Origin: Eledone cirrhosa
Taxonomy: Eukaryota
Direction of reading: 5' to 3'
Assembly (NCBI GenBank): GCA_964016885.1
Contig: OZ024740.1
Location: 300,638,001 to 300,702,000, forward strand
DNA length: 64,000 nt
This document shows, one piece after another, positions 1-16,872 of the stretch. The notes beneath the pieces are model-generated. The model was given only the letters and a program-made list of their open reading frames with translations, was not told the DNA's origin and made no database searches. Position 1 is the stretch's first letter. Every line of letters starts with the position of its first letter. A program made the translations under genes and the position numbers.

Positions 1-217
1 ATTCATAAATTTAAGAATTTTATTTATAATAAATTGAAGTGAAAGCAACTGGTGCGTGTGTTTCTTATTGGCAACATGACCCTCCCAAAGTATAACAATA
101 TATATATATATATATATATATTCCTGTTTATAGTTGTATATAGTGTATACATAACTATAAATAATATTATTATTAACTGCTCCATACTGTTGAGCTAATA
201 TACATTAAATTACCAGT

Positions 218-2630
218 ATGCAAATCAAGGTTTATCTTCCTATCTCTACTAAGAACATACCAATACCATCCAGAGATGCATACGAAAAAGTATTGATTAA
301 CAGTGTCAACTCTTTTGTCAATAGAGTGAGATGGAGGACATTCCATGACGATAGAAACAAATCAGACAAAAACAGAGATGGAAACAATTTCGACTCTTAC
401 GGCTTTAAACTCTCTCGAAAATGATCTAATAAAACTAGTTAAGAACAGAAAAAACAAAAACATCATAATAGAAACAATACCTTCTTAAACAACCTTAACT
501 ACACTATTAAAGTATTTAATAAAAATAAAAATATTCTTGTACATGCAGATAAAACTAACAATATATATAGCCTGGATTACGATACATATAGAAAATTTAT
601 ATATAAAGAACTACATAGGAGCTATAAGAAAACAACTATTAAAAACCTATAGGATATAAATATAGAAGTATAGTGTGTAAATTACGACTTTAGAGACATA
701 CACAGCCATACACCCCTAACCATCAAAGATTCTCTCTGAAAGACCATAAGGAAGACTTTAATAGTAACCCTTCTATAAGACTAATTTGCCCTTCCAAATC
801 TGACATTGGAATTATCAGCAATAAAATATTAGATAGAATCATCCCACAATTTAAGCATAAAATATATCTTAACTAGTGGGGAAATACTGGTGAAGTTATT
901 GAATGGTTCAATAATATTAAAGAGAATAAAAAAAAAAAAAAATATACAATTTGATATTAATTCATACTACACTTCTATTCCCCTATCCTATTAAATAAGG
1001 TATTAATTATGGCTATCAACAATAGTGACCTTACTAGATCCCAAATTGATGTCATCCTTGCGGCCCGAAAAACCATAATTACATTTGAAGATCAATTATG
1101 GACATGCAATGATACACATAACAACTTTGGGGTCTAGTGACTCGGCACAGGTCACCAATTTGGTCTCTTAAATGAAATTCATAGGAATCTACCCTACCTC
1201 GATGGCGGTTTATACCGCGATGATGCACTACTTCTTATTGACTATAGAAAATTTAATATAGAAAGAACTAGGAAACAAGTACATAACATTTTCCAAAAAT
1301 TCAACTTGGGTATCACCTTAGATAAAAACACTACAAACATTAACTCCCTTGATGTTACCCTTTACCTGAACTCTAAAATATGTACACCCTTTCATAAACG
1401 AAACGAAAAACTACTTTATGTAGATATCAACGCTAACCACCCTAAAACTATATTAAACTCAATTACTAAAGGAATATCAAATAGAATCTCTAATCTATCA
1501 TATAACGAAACCAGATTTAACAATAATTCCCAATACTATAATGAGGCCTGAGCTAAATCAGGACATAAAAAGGAGATTATATTTCTACCTGTAAAATCAC
1601 CTAGTTACAACATTATTTCTCACAACATGTCCATGAGGAAAAATAATAAAAGACCTAGTCACTCTAATTCTAAAACAAAGGGTCATATCAAACTTAACTC
1701 GCACCAGTCTAAACACCACAATAATAATATATACAGAAATATAACTAATACCTCAAGGAACATTACAAAAAACAAAAATAGAAGAATACCTAATACTTTC
1801 TTCACCCCCCCCCCCTCAATCTAAACGTCTCTATCAACGTACCGAAGGCTTTTTTTTTTAATCATGGAAAAAACCTCCCAGCCGGCCACAAATACCATAA
1901 TCTTATCAATAAAAATACCATTAAAATCTCTTACTCTACCTCACCTAACATCGCATACGATATAGCTAGTAGTAATAAAAGGGAGAATAATAATTATTTC
2001 CAATAATTATTTCACAACAAGGAGCAAATTTACAAGGCGACATAGTACCAGGGATTTCTAGTAGCAATAATATTAATGATAATAGCACTAATGAAATTAA
2101 ATATAATGGGAATGACAACCATAATTACCCCAATGCCACCCCTAACAACCAGGCATCTACGCAACATAGTAACCAGCAAGCAAACAATCAGAATAACTAT
2201 AACTGTAGAACAAATCTAACTTGCCCCTTAAGTAAAAATTGATTAATCAAAGACATCATTTACTCATGCAAAGTCAACACAAACAAGTCTTCTAAAACAT
2301 ATATAGGTTCAACTTCCAACTGCTTCAACGAGATATAAATCGCATCTCCACACGTTCAAAAATCGCAATCTAGCCAACTCCACTTCTTTATCCAGCTACA
2401 TACACTCTCTGAAAACTAGGAATATAACATATACATTTCAATGGGAGATAGTAGATGGGGCCGCATCGTATAAACCGCCTAATAAATTATGTAACCTCTG
2501 TTATCTGGAGACCCGAACAATAATCTATTCTAAGCTAGAATTTTCTATTCTAAATAGAAAATCAGAGGTCCTTTCGATGTGCCAGCACTTCCACCTACAC
2601 TCTTTCCGTAGCTATAAACCTAGCTGCTAA
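218..2630 (+). pseudogene. PLE reverse transcriptase + GIY-YIG endonuclease with stops and frameshifts
   Basis: N-terminal STKNIPIP..RVRWR; GEVIEWF; GGLYRDDA (~1201); LDVTL..NHP; C-terminal CPL..IIYSC..YIGST..CNLCYLE..LNRK..CQH. Collinear with the 25599 ORF. Confidence 0.9.
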
Positions 2631-2936
2631 TGTATAACAATGCCACATCTGAATTCCTCACCACCATTAACACTTCATCTCTAGGTCTTATCAGCATATA
2701 AGTAACCCCACAGCATCACACTATGTGATCAACTCTTCACTCTACCTAACTCCTTTTTAAGTCAAACTTTATACTATACAATAACTATTAGGAATAAACA
2801 TAAAACTAACACTATTTAATATAACCTCTATATCTTGCTTATATTATATTCAGGAATGGATAAATAATAATATGATGAGACACTTAATGTGGTATAGGAA
2901 AATAAATTATATTTATAATTAAATATATAAATTAAT

Positions 2937-3120
2937 GTGGATTGGCAGTATCGGTCGAGGGTCGGACGCCATGCTTTCCAGCATAGTTACGTCCCTTTAC
3001 GATCTGAGTGCAAATCCCGCCGAGGTTGACTTTGCCTTTCATCCTTACGGGGTCGATAAAATAAAGCACCAGTAATGCACTGGGTAATTGCTGGCCTTGT
3101 GCCTAAAGTAGAAATAATTA
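2937..3120 (+). mobile_element. tRNA-derived SINE (octopus OK-like)
   Basis: B-box-like gagtgcaaatccc. The body cctttcatccttacggggtcgataaaataaag and the tail ggccttgtgcc..agtagaaa are shared with other copies in the window. Confidence 0.85.
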
Positions 3121-4055
3121 TATATATGAAATTCACTTATAACATAATATAATGTATATTGATAGAACAACAGATTTAACTAGTTAGATCTATAAACAAC
3201 TATACCTTATTACCAATTTCCTATACATATACTTTATTCAGTAATGGATAGAAAACAATATAATGACACCTCTAATATAAAATAGATTATATTTAAAATT
3301 AAACACAAACAAATAGCATTATATAAAAGGGATTCCCTTATAACACAATATAATCTATAGCAGCACAAATAATGTAATTGGAGCTGTATACATCTATACA
3401 TTTTTCTAAATTCATTTACAATGTAATCACTAGTTACCTCCCTTTTCGTGTTAGCTCCCCATAATATAGATCAAACTCACTTCCGCAAATTAAACCGTTA
3501 GAGAAACCACTCCACATCAAATCGAACCCCGGATAACAATATATTACCACCGGTATACAATCCATGGCTGCGAATGATTAAATACAGTCACTAAAATAAA
3601 ACATAGCCAATGTAATTGAAAACATAGCAATACAATTGATACTCTCAGCACATACACATTTGAACATTACAGAAACAATTATCACACTACACCCACCATA
3701 AACTAATAATTTTAGTACAAAAACAGCTTTGCCTGCTTATAAACATATGTTGTTTTATGTGATACCTTTGTCTCTCAGAAATTATATATGCCTATTAACG
3801 TTGCTTGTTCCTTCCTGTATATGTCTATTGCATTCGCACTCTCTATACCCTTGCATATGTACTGATAGTGTCCTCTACCTTAATATCTATAATTGTTATA
3901 CTAATCTCTGTCGCATGCATTCCACTCTGTGTCTTTATAAATTTAATTTTTAATTTTAATTATTGTACAATTCTCTGTGAAATATATGTCGTATCCATTG
4001 CACTCTGTAAATATGAAACTGTTGTTGGCAACATTAATATCCATGTATCTATATA

Positions 4056-4139
4056 ATTGTTCAGTTGAATAGGAGGTTAATTATATGTACAAACATATTG
4101 ATTCCAAACGATAGTTTAGAAGAAACGATTGTCAGCAAT
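4056..4139 (+). ncRNA. Degenerate hammerhead-like motif in the PLE 3' region
   Basis: Stem I attgtt/agcaat; core CAGTTGA (2 changes from CUGANGA); GAAAC-gatt-GUC. Confidence 0.4.
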
Positions 4140-4306
4140 AAAATGATTTGAACATAGCTTTGATTATTGTGTAACTTATATTCCGGCTCTGTTAAACATC
4201 TGATGCATTTACATTGAGTTATTTTTCTTACTGATAATAAGGTAGTAGTAATTTACTGACCTTTCCTGTTTATAGTTGTATATAGTGTATACATAGCTAT
4301 AAATAG

Positions 4307-4371
<65 letters not shown>

Positions 4372-4397
4372 TACATATATATATATATACACACACA

Positions 4398-4650
<253 letters not shown>

Positions 4651-4725
4651 TATATACATACATGCATTATTTCAGTAGGAAGGGTAAATGAAAGGAGAGT
4701 GCTCTATGTAAGTTACAGAACTATT

Positions 4726-4930
4726 TAGTTATTTAATAAACAACATAAGACAATTATTCCATTTACCAAAGATTAGACGAAGACAGACGAGCTCAACACA
4801 GATGTCTGAAATTGCTCATCAGAATGAAAACATCAATATCGACGTAAGATATTTTACGCCCATATTACAATCTATATATGTAACCTGTGGTAAATGGAAT
4901 AATTGTCTTATGTTGTTTATTACATAACTA
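4726..4930. repeat. Small fold-back, ~50-bp inverted arms, pLTR-like
   Basis: Arms 4726-4775 and 4881-4930. The spacer has CTGATGAG on the minus strand but no recognisable GAAA. Confidence 0.7.
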
Positions 4931-4949
4931 TATATATACTCTTTAGTTT

Positions 4950-6100
4950 TGGACAGCTTATTGGGCAATGATTCATCTCCAATTTACATTAGCAGCTGCA
5001 ACATCTTGCGTAGTTTCCCAGTGCAATCTAATTCGCTGGAAATCTCCTTTGAAAGTTGAGAGCCAGGGTTTCTAGGGTCTCCTTTTTTCTGCTTGCCACC
5101 GATTGAGATCCATTCCATTGCCAGAGGGAGCTTCTGGTACACAGACATGCGCAGAATGGAATGTATCCATCGAATTTTAGCCGCCATTCAGCGACATTAG
5201 CCTCTCTTTTCTTCTCTTCAGGACCTAAATATTAGTATTCCGGTCTCGCTAAGTGGTTTTCAGGAATTCTCTAGCGGATCTTAATTGGAAAACATTGAGA
5301 TTCTTTAGAAACTTTGCAGTCATTTCCCAGGTTTCACTTGCATATATGGCAGATTATAATGCTGTTGAAGAGCTGCAGTTTGATGGGTGTGGAGATTATT
5401 TGCGATGGCCAAATGTTTCTCATGCGCTGTAATACTCCCGGTTGCCTTCCAATTCTGCAGTAATTAAAAAGCTCAGTGAAGCCTTTATTGGAGATTATGC
5501 TGTCCAAATAGATGAATTTGGTGACCTTTTCTATTGCCTGTGTTTCAATATGCACTTTCGCAACAATTATTTTGCACACTTCCACCACTTTGATCTTTTC
5601 ACTGTTAATTTGCAGTCCAATTTTGTATGCATATTCTTCTGTGTCGACATTGCTTAAATCTGTCTAATGTTGTTCTCCAGTAATTGTTTCTACTATTCGC
5701 ACAAGGCCAGCATGTTGTTTTCCAATAATGCCAAATCATCAGCGAAATCTAAATCAGTCACTTTCCGAGAGTCAGACCATTTGATACCAAAGTTTTGCAT
5801 CTGAACATGAATTTCCATGAATTTCCGCATGACAAAATCAATGACCAGTGAGAAAAAACGATAGGGGCCACAATGCAGCCCAGTCGCACACCTGTGTGGA
5901 TCTGTAAGAAACATGTGGTGCCATTTGCAACTTTGACACAAAAGCTTGATTCCAGTAAATATTTTTGAAGACATTAATGAAATTTATCTTGAATGGCACA
6001 TTAAATTCCAGACTCTGCTCCACAGCTTTTCGAAGAGTAAATATATGACATGTGCAGTACCAATCTGGTTCTCGTGCATCGAAAGGTGCAGCCATGTGTA
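4950..6100 (-). mobile_element. Decayed RTE-clade LINE (RT and 3' part)
   Basis: Fragments CTCHIFTLR..EQSLEFNVP..INF, DLDFADDLALL, KVTKFIYL, IKLQLFNSII and KKGDPR in several frames. Confidence 0.8.
5685..5711 (-). mobile_element. 27-bp SINE 3' tail with 18-bp target-site duplication
   Basis: tgtttctactattcgcacaaggccagc is flanked by atgttgttctccagtaat (5667-5684) and atgttgttttccaataat (5712-5729). Confidence 0.75.
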
Positions 6101-7584
6101 GAATGTTACGTAATGATAGTACACATTACGTAAACAAGGAATTGGGCCGTTTCATCAGTGGGAATTAGCCTCACTGTTAAGGAAAAACAAAAAAAGGCGT
6201 GCTAGCTCTCTCAGGTGCTGGTGTCAAATATGCATATATATTATATATATATACGAAACTAACTATAATACGTAAATGGGAAACATAACTCTAACAGAAA
6301 AAAGTCGATAACATATACAACCCTACACAAGATTGCAACAACGAAGACAAAAGAAGAACAACCAATAATGAGTTCAAAATAAACATACAGCAAGTTCGGT
6401 ATAACCGAAGAAGAACCATCACACCATGCCGAAATCAAAATCGGAAGGATTTAAAAAAAAAAAAAAAAAAAACGTAAATAAAGAAACGTTCACATCTTGG
6501 AACATTGCGGAAAATAGGAACAAAGCTGGAACTTACCCAGAAAATTACAAATAAAACTAATAACTAAGGAAGAAGAACAACAATGAAAACTGGGAGGACA
6601 AATTTTACTCAACAAAAGAGGGAAATTGAACTTTTGAAATTTTAGAGCCATTGCATATGAACTAAAATACAAAGATATTGACCAATAGATGTATGAGAAA
6701 TGTGCTAAAAATAGGTAAAAAACCGAACTTATAAACCCTACTAAAACTCTAGAAACAAATCTGTGAGAAACCAGAAATGATATCATTTCACGATGGATAA
6801 AAAGTGAAAACTGGTTCCTAGAATATAAAATTTAACAAAAGAAGACACTTTACAAACCATCAAACCCAACACATCCAAACGACATAGATCATTTACCTGG
6901 TCTAAATGTATACATAAACAACTACAACAGAAAACCACATACACAATCACTACAATATTGACAATCACAAAATAATTCCCCAAGAAATCAAATTCCAAAA
7001 TAAAAAAGTACCCTAACCCAACCCTAACCCTAACCCCAACACTAACCCATAACATAAACGCTATGGACTGTTCCAACAAAATCCTTACACATGATCGACT
7101 ATAACAGGTACGACAAATTAATATGTAAGTAGACAATGACTAATGACTTTTAGATGGGATCAATCAATTTACACACATCTTAATATAAACGTATATATAC
7201 TTGCACCACACACAAACGCCACAAAATAAATGGAAGTATCATAAATCCCAAGAACACCTGGACTAAAACCCTTTTTCCACCTCTGTTTTAGTCCCTTTAA
7301 ATTCTCCTTTTAATTATGATTATACATATACTTATTTCTTACTTTTATTTACATAACCTAAAATTAAATTTGATTCAACCCTACTTATTCACACACACTC
7401 ATATCAAGCAATGAACTGTTATCCACCCCTAGTTATATCCAGCTACGAAAAAAGGAACCTGGATATAATTTGAGCTTTTGACAATAATACTCCCCATCTA
7501 AAGGCACAGACAGACACATACAGGACAGAAAAACTTCCGCCTTTAGAAATGCCGTCTCTCATTTACAACCAAGGCTAGCATTAA

Positions 7585-7660
7585 CTGATGAGGTGACATT
7601 TGGGCATAGTCTGCTCGGTAGAACACTAAATTGGCAGACTGTCTCCGAATCGGATCGGTC
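7585..7660 (+). ncRNA. Degenerate hammerhead-like motif
   Basis: CTGATGA, long stem II (agtctgc/gcagact), GAAT instead of GAAA, near-palindrome cggatcgg, then TC. Stem I is not evident. Confidence 0.4.
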
Positions 7661-7809
7661 CACTATTTTCAATTTTCAGTTTCTTTCTAACTTCTATCAT
7701 TTATTCCCTGTTTGGGTTCAACGTAATCCTATTCCATAATTCTTCAAACAACACCTGATGAAATAAGGAAAACGTGTTATTCCACATATATATATATATA
7801 TATATATAA

Positions 7810-8523
7810 TATATAAGATCAAAAGATGGTTAAAGGAGTTCCATGTATTTTATTATGCGCATTTCAAAAACAAACATCATCATGCAATAATATTTGTGTT
7901 TTCATCAGATAAAACGGGAGGACATGACATGAAGGCTAAAAAACACTTGTGGATAGTGCAGTTTTAAATCAACATATGAAAAGTAATTTTAGATTGATGT
8001 GTGATATTGGGAAAAAATATTTTATTTAGAGAGGGGGGGGGGGGTGGAAAGGATGAAAAAAGGGGAGGAGATGAGAGTGAAGGTGGAGAGGGAGAGATGG
8101 GTGATAGAGAGAAAGAGATAGTTTTTATAACTGAGAAAAGATATATTGTTTTACATAGAGAGGTTGAAAACCGTTGGAAGATAATGTATAAATTAAAAGA
8201 ATTTGAAAATTAACGAAGGGAAAAATATGTACGAAGAAGGAGAGGGAGTTAATATGTATTGAGATTAAAAAGTTTGATGATAGAGAGAAAAAAATAATAA
8301 TTGCGGATGAATATTCTAACATCAAAAAAATTGTGTGTATGTTTACTAGTATTATGGAAATTTGAAAATTAACGAAGAGAAAAAATTATTAAGGTTTGTG
8401 TATTGAAGGATTTGAGAAAAATAATGTGAAGTTAAGGTTTGTATATTGAAGGAATTGATAATATGTGCGAAGAAAGAGTTAATATCTGCATTGCTTTATT
8501 GTACTACAATAAAACTCACCTCC

Positions 8524-8525
<2 letters not shown>
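7810..8525 (-). mobile_element. Probable PLE 3' UTR/pLTR fragment
   Basis: (TA)n on both sides, a hammerhead near the 3' end and a purine/pyrimidine-skewed body like 24015-24900. Confidence 0.55.
7847..7915 (-). ncRNA. Minimal type-I hammerhead ribozyme
   Basis: Minus strand reads gttttat CTGATGA aaacacaaatattattgcatgatgatgtttgttttt GAAA t-gcgc-a TA ataaaat. Core is complete, stem I is 7 bp and loop III is palindromic. Confidence 0.85.
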
Positions 8526-8588
<63 letters not shown>

Positions 8589-9298
8589 TTATATATATAT
8601 ATGTGTGTGTATGTGTAGGTGTAGGTGTCCGTTTGTGTGCGTGTAGATGTTTGTGTCTACTTGTCAGAATATATGTGAAATTAAAATAAGTTGTGATGTT
8701 AATTTGTATAAGTAATCATTTAAATGGAAAGAAAATGTTTCATATTCAGGTCATATTTTAAAGAGTGTATTATATATTACTCGGATTGTTTCAGACCTCT
8801 CTATTTCTTTCTTTGTTGTGTACAAATTTGGTTAAAACAGTCCATGCTTTAGAGAAAATAGTTTTACCATTCATCACAGAGTTTATTGCGTCAAAAACAA
8901 TTTCACCATATTTCTCGAAATGTAACCGAATAAACTATGTGATATGTTTTCTCAGAAGAGTCAGGAAATAAAAATAATTTGCAAATCTTAATGCAAGAAT
9001 AGGAGAAATTTACATGAACTTTCAAGACAACAAATATACAAGTTTATATATTACCACAGTTTTACGCATATACACGTAAAGGATAATGTCATGTTATTAA
9101 CCACCTTACATAATCACACACACATGCTGAAAGGAACAGGAAGTGAGAACGCAAGATGGTGAGAGAGAACGAGAGAACGAGATGCAGTCTAAATGTATTT
9201 ATAAAATGCAAATATTTCATGTTATCAATCACCACCTGCATGCATACATTCACAAACATGTATATTTATGGATGTTACACATACACACACACACACAC

Positions 9299-9370
9299 AT
9301 ATATATATATAAATATATATAAATATATATATATATATAAATATATATAAATATATATATATATATATAA

Positions 9371-9452
<82 letters not shown>
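9299..9452. repeat. (TA)n microsatellite
   Basis: Directly visible; representative of many (TA)n/(CA)n/(GA)n tracts in the window. Confidence 0.95.
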
Positions 9453-9456
<4 letters not shown>

Positions 9457-10879
9457 ATACAGGAGTTAAACAGACATGTATCTAATTGCAGGAAGCAATA
9501 TCATGTTTTCATTCATAGAAGTAGAAAAAATAGAATAGAAAGGCGAATTCTAGTGATTATAGAAAAGGGAGTTACTGCTGTAACTCCATCCCTCCTCAGT
9601 GGCTGAAATGTACTTAACATAAAAGGTGAAATAATTCACACCGAATATTGACCTTCTTTCGTGTACAAAATAGAATATATAAAGAATCAATTCAGGTTGA
9701 TAACCTACAATACTTCAACTGTTTTTACTGTTAAAACATCACATGGAATTCCTAGACGATAACATGAATTGTATATAACGGAACAATAGTCCTTTTATTC
9801 CTTCATTTTTAGATACATAGGACGATTTCAAATACAATCTTTTCAATTACGTGCGGTATATTTTATGTAAGAAATGACGCATCACTTTCAAATGGGAATA
9901 TTTTTTTCCATAACACAGGACCTATTTTTTATGAAATCATATCAATTTAATATATGATAGATCTTACGATATTCGTGTTCTTCGAAAGATAGAGAAAAGA
10001 CGTCGTAATGCATATAAGATTGTAACCAAAACGATGTGTGAGTCAAATAACAAAGGAAGAATTATGTGTAAGGGAAAGGGAAGGGAAATTTTGAAAATGA
10101 ATGGTGGTATTCAGAGGGCTATGGCGATATGAAAATAAATGTTTTGCGTTGTAATCACACATTTAAGTATCTTTTTCCTTGCCTTTCTTTAAACTATCTT
10201 ATACATTTTTTAACGTAGAAAACAAATTTCTATCGTGTGGTCTGCTATGATATTGTGAGATTCTATGTGGCTTTTATTTCGAAGATTATTTTGAAGAAGC
10301 CCCATGCTGACCTTTATCTATGTAGTCGACTATAAGAAAAATATTTCGGTATTATCTGCAAGTTTAATTAATCAAAGTGATTACTCTTCAACACCTGAAG
10401 AGATTTTTTTCTGACTTCATATAAACCGAAGCACAAATGAATAAACAAATTAGAATTTGAAATCAGCTTATTATTACCGTAGGTTATTCTATGTCCATGC
10501 AACTTCAACTTGGCACATTCAAGGTATCATAAAATTGATTTGAATCTTTTCTTCACTTGATATAATACAGAACCTATTAAATTAAAGTCCTTAAATGGTT
10601 TCCTTTTTCTAGCGGTCTTCAATAAAACATATTTAATGATTCGATAAATTAACCGAACATTTCAGGCGTTAACCTACAGACATAAATTTAATTAACTTTG
10701 GTATTTGAGTCTATAGCTGATAGATAAACCAGGCTCAACAATATAATAACTTGAATATTTGAATGTTTACATGAATGTCGATTAAGATCGAAATGTGTAA
10801 TATCGATTCTATTTAGACTCAAGCATTCATTTAATAAAATTACACTAAATTATAGTGAAAGTGTATGGAGATGAATTTG

Positions 10880-13130
10880 TCTGAATTGATTGAGACCGCA
10901 GAATGAATTGAGGATTAAACGATCAAATCCATTCAATATTGCTTGGTTCGGTGAAAATCGGCAAAACATGATGTCACGAGGTAATATATAAAAATGCCAT
11001 ACATCTGTTTTCCGACTCTATCTGACACTGCAGGGATAGATTTCACCGGGAAGAGTGAAAGTGACTATCCTGTTCGTTACCTCGTCCGATTTTTTCTACA
11101 CATGGAGGTCCGGGCGAAACCAGACTTCAAGCATCTGAACAGGTTTATCCGTCCAGACTCATACGTCTCCGAATAGTGCAGGTTCATTTTTGTTCACTTA
11201 ACCTTTTCTAATTTCTCTAAGAAATTGCAGAACATATCGATTTCCGTGGTATTAAACAACATCATGTCCAGGACGTCCATATATACCTACGCAGCCCTTC
11301 GATATCTCGGTTAGACCGGGATACACTTTAACAGCGCCAGCTTCTGCAGTGCTACCTCGAGAGTCAATACATTCCGGAGGAAAGAGGGCACCATTGAGGG
11401 ATTAACCCGTTTGTATTAAACAGTTCCTATAAGTGTCCATTTCTTTTCTCTTCCAGGCAGATGCCGCTATGTATTGAGACGATCTAGTATCTAAAGACGT
11501 GAACGAATCTAGTTGCCTTCCAGACAACCACCAATTTGCAATACTCTACCCTATCGAATGCTATAGATTGATCCAAATTGAGCAAATTCCCTCGGAAGAA
11601 AGATTTCAACCCTACGATGTCTATAACCTATCGTATGAGGCGGAGATTGACAGAATCAGAAATGCACATGACTGCGTTTCCTTGGACAGACGCTTGAGAA
11701 GCAAAACCTGGCAAAATCCTATATTCTATGTTAAGCAATGATATTAACTGAAATTTCATATTTAAATACGATCTCGAAGATCCTATGCGATTGGTCCATA
11801 TTCACTCTTGCGGATTCGAGAAATCTAGTAGGTAACTCTCAGATAGCTGGAACAGCCTGACCATGATTTTGAGGCTTTTGCAATCCGCTCTTTCCTTCGC
11901 TTCTCCGTCACAGTAACTGTATGTGACCAAGATGCCATCCCAAACAAGATGCCCCACAATCAATAAAGAGCGGGACATTCCAAGGAAGAAAATTGACCGT
12001 CAGGCTCCAATCTAGGAATAGACGGTTACAACTATAAAAGCACCACATGTCAATACTGTTTCTATGACCACCAACTTACGACACGTGTCCAAGTAGATCC
12101 ACCTATGTCGAGAGAAAGGTCTTCTTTAAACCACACTGGCATCATGTCACACATTCCCGATCGACATAGAAAAGTGTAGATCTGAATATCTTCAGGAAGC
12201 GGAGCTAGTGTTCACGTATCGGAAATCTTGGTTTCACTGACGTCTGTTATATCGGGTGTTTCGACGTTCATGTGTAATTCGATTTTCTTTGGTGTGCTTT
12301 TTAAAGCCTACTGCTAGATTTTATATTATAGCTCCTAATGTCACCGGTATAACTCTTCCCTTATATCTTATATATCAAGAAATACATTCTCACCATTTGT
12401 AATTTCTGTTACATTGAATCTTGTGTTCCAAATCGACACTGCTGTTTCTGTGGTGTCACTTTGTGCTATGAAGTATATCACTTTTATATCTCTATACTTG
12501 TGTTTTTATAGTGCGTCTTCGTTTTGTGGGACATTGTGATGGTGTTAGATTCAGTGGTATTTTTGCTTGCTGTGATTGCTTTTGTTGTTCTCATGATGGT
12601 GGTGTTGGTGTTGGTGTTAAATAGATGTCTCGGTGTGTGGAGTTGGTTTGAATTTCTTGTTTTCCGGCGTGTTGTTGTTGGTGGACAACATGGACTTTTT
12701 AAATTAGTCCTATTTTATTGAGATTTGTTGTGTTTCTCCCTCCTCTTCGCTGAAAATTAATGAGGGATCAGTGTCTTAGACATTGGAAACGGGTGGTGGT
12801 CAGTAGAGTCTTTTGAGTGTCTGTGTGTGTGTAATTTGAAGATGAGCGAATGAGAGACGCCGGGGAAGACCTGGATTAGGAGACTAACCAGGTGGATTTC
12901 TTGATAATTCTTCTTTGTTGACGTCGGTGGTGGTTGTGGTGGTGGTGGTGGTGGTGCTGGTGCTGGTGGTGTTGCTGCTCTCGTTATTGCTGCTGCTACA
13001 GGATTTGATTCTACTGTTGAATGAAAGGAGCCATGTATTTACCTGTTTTACTTTGAAGAACATAGGCCCTCATGTGAGTTGTTTCACGGTCTGTTTTCTT
13101 TAAACTCCAGCATGTAGTTCTCCACCACCA
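10880..13130 (-). mobile_element. Heavily decayed L1/Tx1-like LINE
   Basis: Minus strand ~11350-11415 resembles the RT QGCPLS..L.LE motif. A possible endonuclease remnant lies at ~12000-12250. A low-complexity ORF1-like region at 12500-13130 resembles 52000-52500. Confidence 0.45.
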
Positions 13131-13599
13131 GTCGCCCTGTTTACTTCACAAGTAGACTCTCACAACACAAACAACCACCGGTACAATTACCACGAATTTC
13201 ACTAGCACCAGCACCAACACTACCACTATCTCCCTAACTATCAGTATTCCTACCATAACCGGTGGTAATTATAATAACACCGACAGAGGCATTAGTAAAG
13301 AAAAGGAAAGCAAAAACAGTTCCATTATCATAAGCATTTAGAAAATAATTATTAGCATATGTAATAACACGAAGACTGACACCATAGTAAACAATATTAA
13401 AAACAACAATCATAAAACGTCAACAAAAGCAACTAGAGTATAGAGAAAAATAATTATATAAACGTATGGAGAAATGTGGTTGAAGATCATCACGATCAGG
13501 TGTAGTAGCAAATGATGTCAATGCAGCGACACTTCGTCGGTTACCACGACGAGTGTTACATTTGATATGATCAACGGAACAGCCTGCTCGAGAAATTAA

Positions 13600-13840
13600 C
13601 GTGCAAAAGGCTGAGCATTCCACAAACACGTGTGCCTTTAACGTAGTTCCCAGGAAGATTCAGCGTGACACAGGATGTGACATGACTGGCCCTTCGAGTT
13701 ATAGGTACAACTCATTGTTGCCAACTAAGTGAACTGGAGCAACGCGAAATATAATTCTGAAGGACACAGCGTGGTGCCGGTAATCGAACTCACGACCTGA
13801 CAATCGAGAGCGGAATATTCTAAGCATACAGCCACGGACC
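13600..13840 (-). mobile_element. Second tRNA-derived SINE family
   Basis: Minus strand has a tRNA-like head (gtggctg...gtgagttcgattacc B box) followed by gtgtccttc..cgttgctccagttcac, a typical SINE central domain. Confidence 0.65.
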
Positions 13841-14105
13841 GTCAAGTGTTGCCTATACAAACCCGGTAAAAACATAATCGCTTTTTATTCAAATTTAACT
13901 GCAACACTACATCCACAATGATTTTAAAAAACAATGATCTTAAACAACAGCGACAACAAATGACAGCCTGTTCCAAAATATTTTGAACGAGTATAAATGA
14001 TAGATTTTTTAGAGCTTTCCCATATTTCACCTGTCCCACGCTGCATAACTGATTTCATTCAATTATATACAATACTTATTTCTCCCTTATTATCTCTTTC
14101 TCTAT

Positions 14106-16872
<2,767 letters not shown>

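Larger units (their letters stand above)
121..4312 (+). mobile_element. Penelope-like element, apparently full length but decayed, with a 50-bp terminal direct repeat
   Basis: 121-170 (ttcctgtttatagttg...attat) recurs at 4263-4312 with 2 mismatches. Both ends abut (TA)n. It encloses a broken RT + GIY-YIG frame and a long 3' UTR. Confidence 0.8.

Noticed and set aside
2937-3025. tRNA gene candidate
   Set aside because: It is a SINE head with no cloverleaf, and the same body follows each copy.
7012-7048. (CCCTAA)n-like run
   Set aside because: Only a few imperfect units; not evidence of a telomere.
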